A stretch of DNA of 64,000 nt from Eledone cirrhosa (lineage: Eukaryota), in contig OZ024741.1 in NCBI GenBank assembly GCA_964016885.1, positions 128,526,001-128,590,000 on the forward strand, read 5' to 3'. Numbering within the stretch: the stretch's first letter is position 1; each line of letters opens with the position of its first letter. Shown in pieces: positions 17,374 to 30,042 of the stretch. Position numbers and translations under genes: made by a program. The notes beneath the pieces were generated by a model that searched no databases, was not told where the DNA came from, and was given only the letters and a program-made list of their open reading frames with translations.

Positions 17374-17399
17374 TATATGAATCAGAATGGATGCAGTAA

Positions 17400-17575
17400 A
17401 AACCACTTAGACCATTACTCACCAAAGTACTCGATACTTGGGGTAGTAGAGTGGTTAATATGAAGGATTCGGGACACCGACGGCTGAGCTCCTGCCGTTT
17501 GAGCAGCTAGATCCGAACGCACTTTGGTTGTTGAAACGGCAAGAGCTCAGCCGTCGGGATCCCGAATCCTTCATA
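17400..17575. mobile_element. Palindromic family A variant
   Basis: Inverted arms atatgaaggattcggga...tcccgaatccttcatat with GAAA-cggc..gccg-TC. Confidence 0.7.
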
Positions 17576-18356
17576 TATATACACACACATATATATACAT
17601 ATATATGTGTGTGTATGTGTGTGTGTGTGTGTGCGCATGTGTGTGTATAAGGCTTCTTTCGGACATGATCAACCATGGGTTTGTAGCTGGAATGTTACTT
17701 TCCTAGGCATAAGCCCGGGCAAAGTGTTTTCTGGAAGACTCCATGCTGTTCTCCTATCACGACGCCACCGATGTTGTCCAAGAGGAAGGCAGATGCCTAT
17801 ATAACATGGCACGAGCGTCATCTTAATTCTTTTTTTTTTCCAGCTGAGTGGAATGAAGCAACGTAAACTATTGTCATACACACATACACATATATCCCCA
17901 CACACACCCGCACACACACACACATGTATATATATATATGTGTGTGTGTGTGTAAATATATACATGTATAAACTACTGCTGTAAAAATTATATATATATG
18001 TGTGGGGGGGGGGGGGGAATTGACAGGAGGCCAAATATGTTGAATTTCCTTAATCTTTTATTCCTGCAAACATTATGCACATTTCAGTGGCCAGTTTGCG
18101 TAAGCACCCGGTGACCTCATCAGGTGTAAATTGCGTAATAGATGTATACCAACGGTATGATGGTAAACTTTAAGGAAACAAGCAAAGAAAAGACAGAGAG
18201 GAAAAAGTTTGTGTTTATGTTTTTGACCCAGAGACGGTCGAAGTAGCATACTGCCACCTTGCTCCCCCTTATTACGTCATGGTTAACATTGTAGAATGAC
18301 CAAATCTACCCAGTGGCAAACCACCAAATTTAAGCGTATATATATATATCTATACG

Positions 18357-18426
<70 letters not shown>

Positions 18427-18427
<1 letters not shown>

Positions 18428-18623
18428 CGAAGGAAGTGTGGTAATGAACCAGATGGACCATAACGCACCAGAGTACTCAATACTTAGGGTAGTAGAGTGG
18501 GTAATAGGAAAATGTTTCACCCCGACGGCAGAGCTCAAGCCGTTTCGACGGCTATTTCTGGACTCTGCGTCCAGAAATAGCCGTCGAAACGGCTTGAGCT
18601 CTGCCGTCGGGGTTAAACATTTT

Positions 18624-18627
<4 letters not shown>
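18427..18627. mobile_element. Palindromic PLE-like element, family A
   Basis: Near-perfect inverted arms 18505-18562 and 18569-18627 plus a ~78 nt tail, inside (TA)n; contains GAAA-cggc(ttgagctct)gccg-TC. Confidence 0.85.
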
Positions 18628-18684
<57 letters not shown>

Positions 18685-19016
18685 CAGTTGTAACTTGCAA
18701 CGTAGCCACGAACAAGGACATATATTCTCTTGACCTTCCTTCCCTTGATCCAACGGAATATCCAGGATGTGATAAGTGGAAGGAGAGAGGGCTATACCAG
18801 CAATGGGAGGATACTTTCTCAGAACGCTCTGACGACTTTGCCAAATTGACCGAGACATTGGCAAATATTCTATTTACAACATAACTTGACTAACGAACTG
18901 AAAAGAACTCAATACTTGCAGTAGACAAACATTTGTTATGACTATTAGCTGAGGTCACATTTATTGATGTATATTTTAAGTTGGAGAATCACATTGAAAC
19001 GTTGTATGTCTATTTA

Positions 19017-19567
19017 GATGGGTGGAGGCGGGTGGACTAGTTGTAAAGGGGGTGGATTTACGATCATAATGTCATGGGTTTCATTACTGGACTGGATTGT
19101 ATGTTGTATTCTTGAGCAAAACACTTCATTTCACCTTACTCCAGGATACTCAGCTGAAAGTGAAATGAGTACCAACAGTAACTGGGAGGTTTTTACCCTG
19201 CGTTGGACTGGTGTTCTGTCCAGAGGTGACTCTTGTACGCTCAGACGCTTCACGCCACGGAAACGGGGGGTAAGCACCGGCATGTTGAGCCTTCGTGCTC
19301 CAGACAGACTTTAACCCTCAGATAGACTTGGTGTCCAGTCCAGGGAAGGGGGAATCTTGTACTTTTAGTCGCTTCACGCCACGGAAACCCGGATAAGAAC
19401 CAGCCTATTGAGCCTCCGGGCTCCAGACAGACTTTAACCCTGAGATAGACAGGTGTCCAGTCCAGGAGAGGGGGGAATCTTGTACTTTTAGTCGCTTCAC
19501 ACCAGGGAAACCGGGATAAGAACTGGCCTGATAAGCTCCTGAGCTCAAGACAGACTTTAGACTTAGA
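19017..19567 (+). mobile_element. SINE family 2 with triplicated ~120 bp 3' region
   Basis: Homologous to 22720-22993; unit gcttcacgccacggaaacc...cagacagacttta occurs three times. Confidence 0.8.
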
Positions 19568-20024
19568 CAAGAAAAGCCGTATAATACGAATATGGAATAA
19601 ACAAATTAGTCTCGACAAATAAAATTAATCATTTGCGTATCTGATACTTGAACGAAAAAATAAGCTTTAGTCACAAATCTATATAACAATGACTGTTATG
19701 CCAAAATATCTCATATGTAAATATATATGATTTACTTGTCAAGAGTGAATGAGATAAATTGCTTATTCCACATTTACACTGCACAGCTTTCCTCATTGCC
19801 CGTGTTTGCGTGGACGTGTGTCAGTGTGTGTGTATGTTTGTTTGTGTTTGTGTGTATGTGTATATGTATATGTGTGTGGGGGGGGGGGGCAGAGTACAAA
19901 GTTAATAAATACATCGATAATACATTTCTCTGCAGCAGAGACTATTGAGAGTGCTCAATAACCACACAATTGAATAACTGAAGAACTTTATTTAATTATT
20001 AAATGAAATAATATATGATAATGA

Positions 20025-20640
20025 ATTCTAATTTAGGCTCAAGGCCAGCAATTTGTGGAGAAAGGGAAGTCGATAAAATCGATCACAGTCATTGATTGGG
20101 AGTGATTTATTTTATCAATCTCAGTCATATGAACGGCAACATTGACCTCGGTGGGATTTGACCCCGCTACGAAGTACTTTTGTCCAGCGTTCAAACGAGT
20201 CTGTCAGAAATAATTATTCGAATAATTGTTTCTAATTTAGGAACAAAGCCCACAAATTTCAGGGTGGGGGGGGGTCGATAAAATCAACCCCAGTGCATTA
20301 CTATCACTTTATTTTATTGGCCCCGTAAGGATGAAAGGCGAAGCTAACCTCGGTGGGATTTAACCTCACCGTAACCAAATACTACAAAGCATTTTGTCCA
20401 GTGCACTAACGAGTCTGTCAGAAATAATTATTTGAATAATGGTTTCTGATTTAGGCATAAGGCCAGAAATTTTGGGGGAGGGGAAAGTCGATTAAATCGA
20501 CCCCAGTGTGTTACTTGTACTTTATTTTATCGACCCCGTAAGGATGAAAGGCAAAGCTAACCTGGAATTTAACCTCACCGTAACCAAATACATAGCATTT
20601 TGTCCACTGCACTAACGAGTCCGTCAGAAATAATTATTTG
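20025..20640 (-). mobile_element. Three tandem partial SINE family 1 copies
   Basis: ~200 bp unit ending gagtctgtcagaaataattatt repeated three times. Confidence 0.75.
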
Positions 20641-20883
20641 AATAATAGCACGAGTTTCTATATATAGAATAGCTTACTGTCAACAATAGAATCCAAATGA
20701 AATTAAGCAATACATAGAGAAAAACATAATACGTATACATTACTAGGGACATAGGCCTTTGTTTCTGTAGTACTTTCTTGTAAAAAATAGCCCACGCGTT
20801 TTAGGTGCCTTCAAGCGGAAAGTAAAAGTCTTATTTATTATATTTGTTTTTCCGAATACACCTGTTTATTTATATTCGTCCAT

Positions 20884-21265
20884 GCCAATAGCAAGACACG
20901 AGTTGTCGTAAATAGATTTGAAACTTTACAATTTTTCGAAGACATAGCCTCTAGACTGTAAATGATTCTTTACGAGAGTAGTTTCAGATAAATAATTTAA
21001 CTCTTTTGATACCAACCAGGCTAAAACTGACTCTGGTTCTATTAAACGAAACCACACCACTCATTTTAAATGGTTCCTTTGTCAATTTAAATCATTCAGC
21101 ATAATTTTATATAAGGACCCTATGCTAAATTACTATCTTAGTAATTAAATAATTAACATATTTTATGTATTCTTGTATTCCATTACCAATACAGTCGTGG
21201 AGCTGGGGCCAGATTTAAATAATTATCAAACAAATACAATGGGGGTGTCATTATGAGGTTGTTTC
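20884..21265 (+). repeat. Second copy of the unclassified 380 bp repeat
   Basis: See 15445-15830. Confidence 0.85.
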
Positions 21266-21422
21266 TACGAAATAACATTTCGATTTTGTTTATGATAACT
21301 GTTGCCTTCGGGTGCATTAGGAAATATAGACCTCTGGCTGATGACGTGTACCGAACGTGTGTGGTAGAAACACAGGCCTGTGTTCCAGAGTAATGTACAC
21401 ATATTTCGTGTGTTCGTGTATG

Positions 21423-21487
<65 letters not shown>

Positions 21488-21589
21488 CAAGCGATTAGCG
21501 AACTCTAGACTCACCTGATCAACGAAACAATTGTCAGTACTTTAAATAAAGCCCTTATTGTACAGCCAACCATGTTACTCTTCATTCTT

Positions 21590-21624
<35 letters not shown>

Positions 21625-21835
21625 CGTTTCTGAATTTGTTTAGCAAGATTCTTTATCTGAAATCGTGTGTTGAAACCGATATTGTTATACTTTGGGAGGG
21701 TCATGTTGCCAATAAGAAACACACGCACCAGTTGCTTTCACTTCAATTTATTATAATAAATTTATAATAAATTTAAAGATTTATAAATTTCTGGTTGGTT
21801 GGTTGGTTCCACAACCAGATAGTTGTTTATATATT

Positions 21836-21878
21836 GTCATAGTTCTTTCGTCACACACTCTGTGACCTCTTCAGTGAC
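21836..21878 (-). ncRNA. Minimal hammerhead ribozyme in PLE 3' UTR
   Basis: Minus strand gtca-CTGAAGA-ggtcacagagtgtgtgac-GAAA-gaac-TA-tgac, ~200 nt after the GIY-YIG stop. Confidence 0.75.
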
Positions 21879-22079
21879 TAGGGATTCCTTTCTTTGTTTC
21901 TGTGCCTCTCCTTTGTTCTGTCCTACGCCATTTTGTTTCCGTGTGTGTGTTGTGTGCTCAGTCTGCGCATGCGCCACATCCGGGTGTCTGTGTGTGTTTA
22001 TGTTCATTTATTTATTTGTTTATTTACATGTTACTGGTTGGTTGTTTGTTCTATGTGCGTGTGTGTTTTCATTTTGTCC

Positions 22080-22397
22080 TTAATTGTAAGTTGTGATGTT
22101 GCTGTTCCACTCATATTTTCTATTTAATTTTGGTTGTAATTCTTTTATGTTTATTGCCTCTGTAATTTGTCTAAACATTGCGTCTTTTCTGTGTGTAGAT
22201 TCTATTTTTATTTCTATGTTCTCTAATTTACCCTTGTGTTCTATTTTAGCATGTTGGTAGAGTACAGATAATTCTTTACTATCTTGAAGGTCTCGCCAGT
22301 GTTCATTTATCCGTTCCCCTACACTACGAGCTGTCTCACCTATGTACACTATATTTTTGTCTCTACATTGTCCTTCAGTACATCTTATGCTATACAC
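22080..22397 (-). pseudogene. PLE GIY-YIG endonuclease domain fragment
   Basis: YSIRC..C...YIGETARSVGERINEH..HAKIEH..EAINIKELQPKLNR matches the PLE GIY-YIG signature. Confidence 0.9.
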
Positions 22398-22539
22398 TAC
22401 ATTTCTAGTTTTACAGTTAATATGGGGGCTTATTTTACAGGTTATACATTTCTTATCTATACATGAGCGTCTTTGAAAAGGGTATGTCTTGCTAACAAGT
22501 GTTTTTACGGAGGTACCTATATATATATATATATATATA

Positions 22540-22628
22540 CAGGGTGTCCCACCAAAATGTATACATATTCTAATAAAAATTGCCTGTATAGGTAATCAAA
22601 GTGTGTATACATTTTGGGGGACACCCTG
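22540..22628. mobile_element. Tc1/mariner-type MITE
   Basis: TIR cagggtgtccc/gggacaccctg with TA flanks. Confidence 0.8.
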
Positions 22629-22649
22629 TATATATATATACATATATAT

Positions 22650-22717
<68 letters not shown>

Positions 22718-22719
22718 TG

Positions 22720-22993
22720 GAGGCACGTGGCCTAGTGGTAAGGGTGTTGGACTTACGATCATAATGTGGTGGGTTCCATTCCTGGGTTGTGTGTTCTGTT
22801 CTTGAGCAAAACACTTCATTTCACGTTGCTCCAGTATACTCGGCTGAAAATGAGTACCAGCAATAACTGGAGGTTTAACCCTGCGATGGACTGGCGTCCT
22901 GTCTAGGGGGGAGTCTTGTACTCTCAGGCCATGAAACCGGGATAAGCACCGGCCAAATGAGCCTTCTTGGCTTAAGACAGACTTTAGACTTAG
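22720..22993 (+). mobile_element. tRNA-derived SINE family 2, full length
   Basis: A box tggcctagtggtaa, B-box-like ggttccattcc, core aaatgagtaccag, tail gaaaccgggataagc...gactttagactta. Confidence 0.8.
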
Positions 22994-23130
22994 ATATATA
23001 TATACATATATATATATATAACAAAGAAAGTGTGGTACCAAACCAGGTGGACCATAACGCAGCAGAGTACTCGATACTTAGGGTAGCAGAGTGGGTAATA
23101 GGAAAGACCCCTTATAATGTCAATTATAAG

Positions 23131-23217
23131 GGGTCTGACGAGCCGTGGATTACAGAGTCGGGCTAAATCGATACAGATCGAACCATGAGCTGATCAGTGG
23201 CGAAATGCGCGTCACCT
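23131..23217 (+). ncRNA. Hammerhead ribozyme with extended stem II, family D
   Basis: gggt-CTGACGA-gccgtggatta...tgatcagtggc-GAAA-tgcgcg-TC-acct; element continues to ~23365 then (TA)n. Confidence 0.75.
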
Positions 23218-23384
23218 ACCAATAAACTTAATGAAAGTGTAACCACGTCCTTATTTTATTTTATAATACACTTTGTCTAGCTCTACACCTCGACACAGAA
23301 GTGAACCTAAGCGTCGTGTGCTCACCCGGGTGAACCTACAGTAATTCCACGTTACACTCTCTGGATATATATATATATATATAT

Positions 23385-23450
<66 letters not shown>

Positions 23451-23689
23451 ATATGTGAATGATGGTTTTAAGCGGTGTCATCTATACGTGAATATTAATG
23501 AAGTTATCAGTTTTGAAGGGAACAATAGTGCAAGAAGAACAGCGTTTCACGTAGAATATATTGATATCTCATGAGAATAACAAGGTCTCAGACGAGACAA
23601 CGAGCCACGTCTTCTCTGAAAGGGGAGGGGGTTGGGGGACGTAGCCTATCCAGAACTGAGTTCACCTATGTGTTTTCCTTCCTTTTTCA

Positions 23690-24473
23690 CGATGATGATG
23701 ATGATGATGATGATGGTGATGGTGATGATGGTGATAATGATGGTGGTGGTGGTGGTAGTGGTGGTGATGATGGTGGTGATGGTGAGGATAACCATGATGA
23801 TAATGCCAATGATAATGACGACGACGACAATGGCGATGATGATGATGATGCTGATGATGATACTAATGCTGATGGTGTTGTTGTTGGTGGTGGTGGTGAT
23901 GGTGGTAATGGTAGTGGTGGTGATGGTGATGGTGGTGGTGGTGGTGGTGGTGATAACCATGATGATGATGCTGATGATGATGATGACGACGATGATGATG
24001 ATAATGATGATGTTGATGGTGTTGGTGTTGGTGTTGGTGGTGATGATGATAATGATGATGTTGATGGTGTTGGTGTTGGTGGTGATGATGATAATGATGA
24101 TGTTGATGGTGTTGGTGTTGGTGGTGATGATGATAATGATGATGTTGATGGTGTTGGTGTTGGTGGTGATGATGATAATGATGATGTTGATGGTGTTGGT
24201 GTTGGTGGTGATGATGATAATGATGATGTTGATGGTGTTGGTGTTGGTGGTGATGATGATAATGATGATGTTGATGGCGTTGGTGTCGGTGGTGATGATG
24301 ATAATGATGATGTTGATGGCGTTGGTGTCGGTGGTGATGATGATGATGGTGATGTTGATGGTGTTGGTGTCGGTGGTGATGATGATAATGATGATGTTGA
24401 TGGCGTTGGTGTCGGTGGTGATGATGATGATGGTGATGGTGTTGGTGATGATGATGAGGATGATGATGATGAT
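23690..24473. repeat. GAT/GGT low-complexity tract with 42 bp minisatellite
   Basis: Unit gatgatgataatgatgatgttgatggtgttggtgttggtggt about 10 times from ~23995. Confidence 0.9.
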
Positions 24474-24864
24474 ATATGTAATGATGAAAAAAGAAAAATC
24501 TCAAACAATTTAATTTCAGAATTAATTACTTCAGTAATGAATGAGTTTACATTGGTAAAACACTTATAGAAGGCCCTGGAAACAAATTAGAAGCAACATA
24601 GAAGAAAAAGACACGTGTGCTTGTGTGTAGCAGGAATATTCATTAATTTAGAAGGAGAGCATTTCGTTGAACATTTGTCGTTTAAAATTTAAGTTAGTGA
24701 AATGGCAGTGATGTAAGAGTGTTGTATAGAAGGTTTTGCTGTGTTTGTTTTGGCTCTCTGTGTTCTGAATTCAAACCAGGAAGATAGAGTTTACAGGAGG
24801 AGAGTGGGGGTGGGGGGGAGAGTAGATAGATAGTTAGGATAGATAGAGTGAGATAGATTGATAG

Positions 24865-25578
24865 GTTTCTTTATTAGCCACAGGGGCACAAAAGAAAGGG
24901 ACAAATACAAAGGGGGAAGTTTACATACAATAAAAACGTGTAAAATGCTATCACAAATGTAATTTAAAAATTAATCGATTTTCCCCAATAGGGGGAGACA
25001 TTTCATATGGGTAACACATACGCCTGAAAAAATGTGCAACCCTCATCTCCAGGAGTACGAAGAGTTTGTATCCCTTTCCTCTCTTCCTCTTTTTCCTCAA
25101 CCTACAGGCTGATATAGAGAAAAGGCCCATTCACTCGGGCCATTCTCGCCACTTTCACCCACCTTTCATAAAACTTGCTGGGGTACAGCACCTCTCTCTG
25201 ATTCTTCTTCCAAAGTGGTATTTGAAAAACAGAATCAGTTGTTGGCCGGAAAGAAAGGTGTCTAACCGCAGCCCTTTTAACCTCGTCCACCATACAACCT
25301 CTTTCGCCATAGCTATCACACAAAGGAAAACCGCCTCTCCTTCATTTTTGAAGGAGGGTGGCGGTTTGATCATGACAATGGAATCGGTGGTCAACCGGAT
25401 TGGTCCCACCCGCGACAATAGTCGTTCTACATAGCCCCACAGGTCGGTAAAGCCCGGGCAGTGTATGAATGCGTGCGCGACGGTTTCTTCGTCTCGCACG
25501 CATCTCGGACAGATCTTTTTCGAAGGGTCCCTGCCCGGGCGCCCATGTCTGTAGAGCTTGTCTCGAACTGGTAGAGTG
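24865..25578 (-). mobile_element. Tx1/L1-type LINE 3' fragment (zf-RVT region)
   Basis: CPRCVRDEETVAHAFIHCP CCHC motif; (GATA)n on both sides. Confidence 0.85.
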
Positions 25579-25698
25579 AGATAGATAGATAGATATGTTT
25601 CTATTTAAAGAAGGGGATAAATACCAGGGGGGGGGGGGTACACAAAAGAACGAGTAAAAAAAATAAATAACAAATATAAGATTAACAATAAAGTCCTC

Positions 25699-25730
<32 letters not shown>

Positions 25731-26695
25731 ATGACTTTCGCCTTTCATCCCTCAGTGTCGATAAATAAAGTACCAGTTCAGTACTGGGTCGGGTCTTCTT
25801 TCTGATTCCCAGCTGGCTTGTCTGGACATCTTTTTCTCAAGTCAGTCTATTAAATGATCACGTCCCTCAGTGTTCGTTCACGAAATATCAACCTATATCT
25901 CTTTAGTCCAGTTATGGGCAAATTGCGGTTCGTTTGACTTTCTCAATGGCACGGCCTAATTTCAAAACTCTCTTGAATGTTTAGTAGTGAGGCCCGCCTT
26001 ATGATGAGCCATACCCTATGTGACCCACTGAGCGAAAAAGGTTGCATATGCCTGCTCTAGTCAATCTATGTTCTGGTAGTCACGGTTAGATTATGCTTTA
26101 CTGATAAGGTTAAATGAGAGCGAAACATGTCCAAAGTTGTCACCCTATTACTGAAGGTCAGACTCATTCCACACCGTGTTCTATACATAATCAATTTAAT
26201 TAATGAAATTTTCCTAAAAAACAAACAAACTCGTCTGTTTTATATATTAATTCAAAACGTCTATAATAGCCTTTCCCAGCTGTCTTTGTTTCATTTGTGT
26301 GTTATATTCTGTCTAATTCATTAGTTCAAAATTACCTGTAGGACTGTGTTTGCTCTAATTCTCTTATCTCCTTTTCTTTATCTAACATGACCTTAATGCT
26401 TTTAATTAATTTTCTTCTCTTTAAACTTCACTTGTCACGTTGTCATAAACCGAATCTAACATCCATTTCTCTATTAAATTCGTGTACTGTCTGCAGGTCT
26501 ATTTCCAGTTGATTATCACCCATAGAGTACAATTTGAGGTCATTCATATACATTAAATCGACACCCCCACACCATTACCACTAACAACAACAACACCAAA
26601 AGATTTGCTGGCTTTTTGCCTAACCTAACAATCATTATTAGGAGACAGGAATTTTATTTGGAATGCAAATTTGAACTGTGTAACAGTTAGATATA

Positions 26696-26975
26696 GGAAC
26701 CTGTGTAAAAGTCTCTCCACATGAATCCGTGTAAAATCCCTTCCACGAGTAGCCGTTAAAAAGCCCCTCAACAGGGAGCTGTGTAAAAGCGCTTCTATAG
26801 AGAGCCGTGAAAAAGTTCCTCCATGAGGACTCGTTTAAAAGTCCTTTCATAAGGACCCGTGTAAAAATCCTTCTATAGGAACCTATGTATAATCCCTTCT
26901 ACAGGAAGCCGTGAAAACGTCACTTCATAAGGACCCGTGTAAAATTCCCCCCGCGTTGACCCATGTAAAGGACCC
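26696..26975. repeat. Diverged 26 bp tandem array (~11 units)
   Basis: Consensus approximately ggacccgtgtaaaaatccttctatag with constant period. Confidence 0.85.
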
Positions 26976-27679
26976 ACCAATCTAATTAGAACGTCCTAAA
27001 ATATCTGAGATATATCGAATGGACCACCCATTTAAACTAATGTAGAAAAGTAATCGAATCAAATAAAATAGGCCAAAAAGGGATCAATAAAATAGGTACC
27101 AGCCTTGAAAAAACAATACAAGGGTTGATATGATTAACTGAAGGTGGTACTCCAACATGGCTGCAGTCTAATGACTGAAACTAGTAACAGAATAAAGGAA
27201 TAAAGGAATAAAAGAATATAATGAAGAACATTTCAGCAGACGACACCGGAAAATTTAGAAGGGAAAATATAACATTGAAACATAAATAGAAAGAAAGAAT
27301 AAAGCAAAGAACCAAAAGAGAACAAAAATTGAATAAAAAGGAAATAAAATAATTCAAGAATGAAAGAAAAAGAAATCGGCATGAAAAGAAAAAAAAGAAA
27401 GAAATTGGTAAAAAAAGAATAAAATATGGAATGAAAATATGGAGTGAAGGAACGGGGAAAAAAATATATCAACGTATCTTTCCCTTTTTGAAGACGATAA
27501 GGTATGATTTGAAAGAAATTTGGTTGCTATTTCTAGCAGGTCTAGCAACCGCGAAGAGGTTCCCGGTAGTTGGTGGGAGATCGTGAAAGAGAGGGAAGAG
27601 TAAGAGTAATTAAATCAACAAGAAGTTTAGGAGGAGAAAGAAAGGCAAAAATACGAAGAGGCAGTAAAAGATAGATAAA

Positions 27680-28590
27680 TTTCTTTATTAGCCACAAGGG
27701 CACAAAAGAAGGGGACAAATACAAATGGGGAGTTTACATACAGGTATATGAAAATAAAACTATTAATAAAATAACAAATAACAATTGAAATCCCCAATAG
27801 GGGGGAGGCGTTACACAGGGGTTGTACACACGCCGAAAAAATGTACAAACCTCATCTCCAGGAGCACCAAGAGTGAGTACTCCCTTCCTCTCTTCCTCTT
27901 TTTCTTCAACCTACAGGCTTATATAGAGAGAAGGCCCAACCACTCGGGCCATCTTTGCCACATTCACCCACCTTTTATAAAATTTGCTGGGGTACAGCAC
28001 CTCTCTCTCCATCCTGATTCTTCTTCCAAATTGATATTTGAAAAAGCGAATCAGTTGCTCGCCGGAGAGAAAGGTGTCTGACCTCAGCCCTTTTAACCTC
28101 GTCCACCATATAACCTCTTTCACCATAGCCATAACACATAGGAAAACCGCCTCTCCCTCGTTTTTGAAGGAGGGTGGCAGTTTGATCATTACAATGGACT
28201 CGGTAGTCAACTGGATTGGTCCCACCCGCGACAATAGTCGTTCTACATAGCCCCAAAGGTCGGTAACGCCTGGGCAGTGTACAAATGCGTGCGCGACGTT
28301 TTCCTCGTCGCGCACGCACCTCGGACAGATCTTTTTTGAAGGGTCCCTGTCGTGCGCCCATGTCTGTAGAGCTTGTCTCGAACTGGTAGAGCTCCTCGGT
28401 AGCACTGCCAGGCCAGGGACATTTGGAAGTTGTCCATTGGTCCCGGGCGGAAGATCCTACCGAACAGACTGGCCAGTTCGTCCTCCTCTACGCCTAGAGT
28501 TTCTCCGAGCGCGTCGTCGCACTTGCTGCCGACCAACCCTCTATAGAATGTCGAAGTGGAGTCTCCACTGATCGCCGGGTCCGGCATCCG
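27680..28590 (-). mobile_element. Tx1/L1-type LINE 3' fragment
   Basis: LAWQCYRGALPVRDKL then (frameshift) CPRCVRDEENVAHAFVHCP; same family as 24865-25578. Confidence 0.85.
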
Positions 28591-28826
28591 ACTCTCTACC
28601 GATACTGCCAATCCACCGTTAGGCACAAGGACAAACAATTTTATTGTATTGACACCAGTGCGTTACTGGTACTATATTTTATCGACCTCGTAAGGATAAA
28701 AGGCAAAGCTTATTTCCGTGGTATTTGAACGCAGAATGTAAGGGACGTAACTATATGCTGCAAAGCATGTTGTACGACATCCTACCGACTGCCAATCCAT
28801 CACCCTTATATATATATATATATATG

Positions 28827-29357
28827 AACGAAGAAAGAAAGACCCCCTTCGGTCACAATGGGATTTGCACCTAGATAGTTCCCCTCCGAGGCACAAGTCC
28901 GGTTATTTATGGAAAACCAGTTGTCGTCCATGCATACCAGTCTCCACTCTCCAAGCCACCAATGTTGTCCCAGGGAATGGCAATGGCTTATACAGCTTGG
29001 CACCAGTGACGTCGCAACTCATTTCTACAGCAGAGTCAACTGGCGCAACATGAAATAATTGTTTCTACTTTTGGCACAAGGCCAGCAATTATCCCAGTGC
29101 ATTACTGGTACTTTATTTTATCGACGCCGTAAGGATGAAAGGCAAAGTTAAACTCGGCGGGATTTGAACTCAGATCGTAAAGGGACGTAACGCTATGCTA
29201 CAAAGCATGGCGTCCGACCCTCTACCGATACTGCTAATCCACCGTCCTATGAAATAATGTGTCTTGCTCAAGGACACAACGCATCACCCGGTCCGAGAAT
29301 CGAATTCACAACCTCCCAATTGTAAGCCCAACGCTCTAACCATGAGCCTTCACTTCC
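28827..29357 (-). mobile_element. tRNA-derived SINE interrupted by a family 1 SINE (29056-29246)
   Basis: Head and core resemble family 2; the nested SINE is flanked by direct repeat tgaaataat. Confidence 0.7.
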
Positions 29358-29375
29358 CTATATATAAGAACGAAA

Positions 29376-29563
29376 TAATTGTTTCTACTTTAGGCACAAA
29401 GCCAGCAAAAACCCAGTACATTACTGGTACTTTATTTTATCGACCCCGTAAGGATGAAAGGCAAAGTCAACCTCGGCGGGATTTGAACTCAGATCGTAAA
29501 GGGACTTAACTATGCTGGAAAGCATGGCGTCCGACCCTCTACCGATACTGCCAATTCAGCGCC
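29376..29563 (-). mobile_element. SINE family 1
   Basis: Full head and body. Confidence 0.85.
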
Positions 29564-29769
29564 CGAAATAATAGAAGAAAATCATAGTGGAAAAAGGGAT
29601 TGGAAAGGGAAACGAAAAAAGACAATCACTGTTAGAGAGAGAGGGGGAGAGAGAGAGAGAGGGAGAGAGAAAGAGGTGGGAGGAAGGGAAAGAGTGATAA
29701 GGGATACAGTAAAATAATAGGCGTTGGAGTAAAACGTAGATTTATGACCGATGGGGAGTAGTAGCAGTG

Positions 29770-29821
<52 letters not shown>

Positions 29822-30042
29822 GCACGTGGGTCGTCCTGTTTGGGTCGTTCCTCCTCCCCCCCCTGCTCCTCCTTCTCCTCCTACTCCTCCTCCCTCTATT
29901 CCTTTACACTTTCATGTTTACCAATGCCAGTAGATCTGCACCCCAACTCTATCTATATGCTTTCTTTTTACTTCTCTTCTGCCTCCCTCTCTCGTTTATC
30001 CAGTTTATATATATATATATAATATATACATACATATATATA

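Larger units (their letters stand above)
21622..22518 (-). mobile_element. 5'-truncated Penelope-like retroelement (GIY-YIG + 3' UTR/pLTR + tail)
   Basis: GIY-YIG ORF followed by family F UTR with hammerhead; (TA)n on both sides. Confidence 0.9.

Noticed and set aside
18438-18680. Recurrent peptide [21 protein letters not shown]
   Set aside because: Antisense translation of the family A tail; indels and junctions vary among copies.
21338-21540. Hammerhead formed by ctgatga (21338) and gaaacaattgtc (~21524)
   Set aside because: Stem I does not pair and a (TA)n tract intervenes; at most a remnant.
22720-22790. tRNA genes at SINE heads
   Set aside because: A/B boxes present but no complete cloverleaf, and each continues into a SINE body.
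23571-24569. 332 aa Asp/Gly-rich ORF resembling an acidic biomineralisation protein
   Set aside because: Open in several frames because of GAT/GGT triplets; no signal peptide or non-repetitive domain; coding not supported.
26696-26975. CRISPR-like periodicity
   Set aside because: Contiguous tandem units with no unique spacers and no cas genes, in a eukaryotic context.
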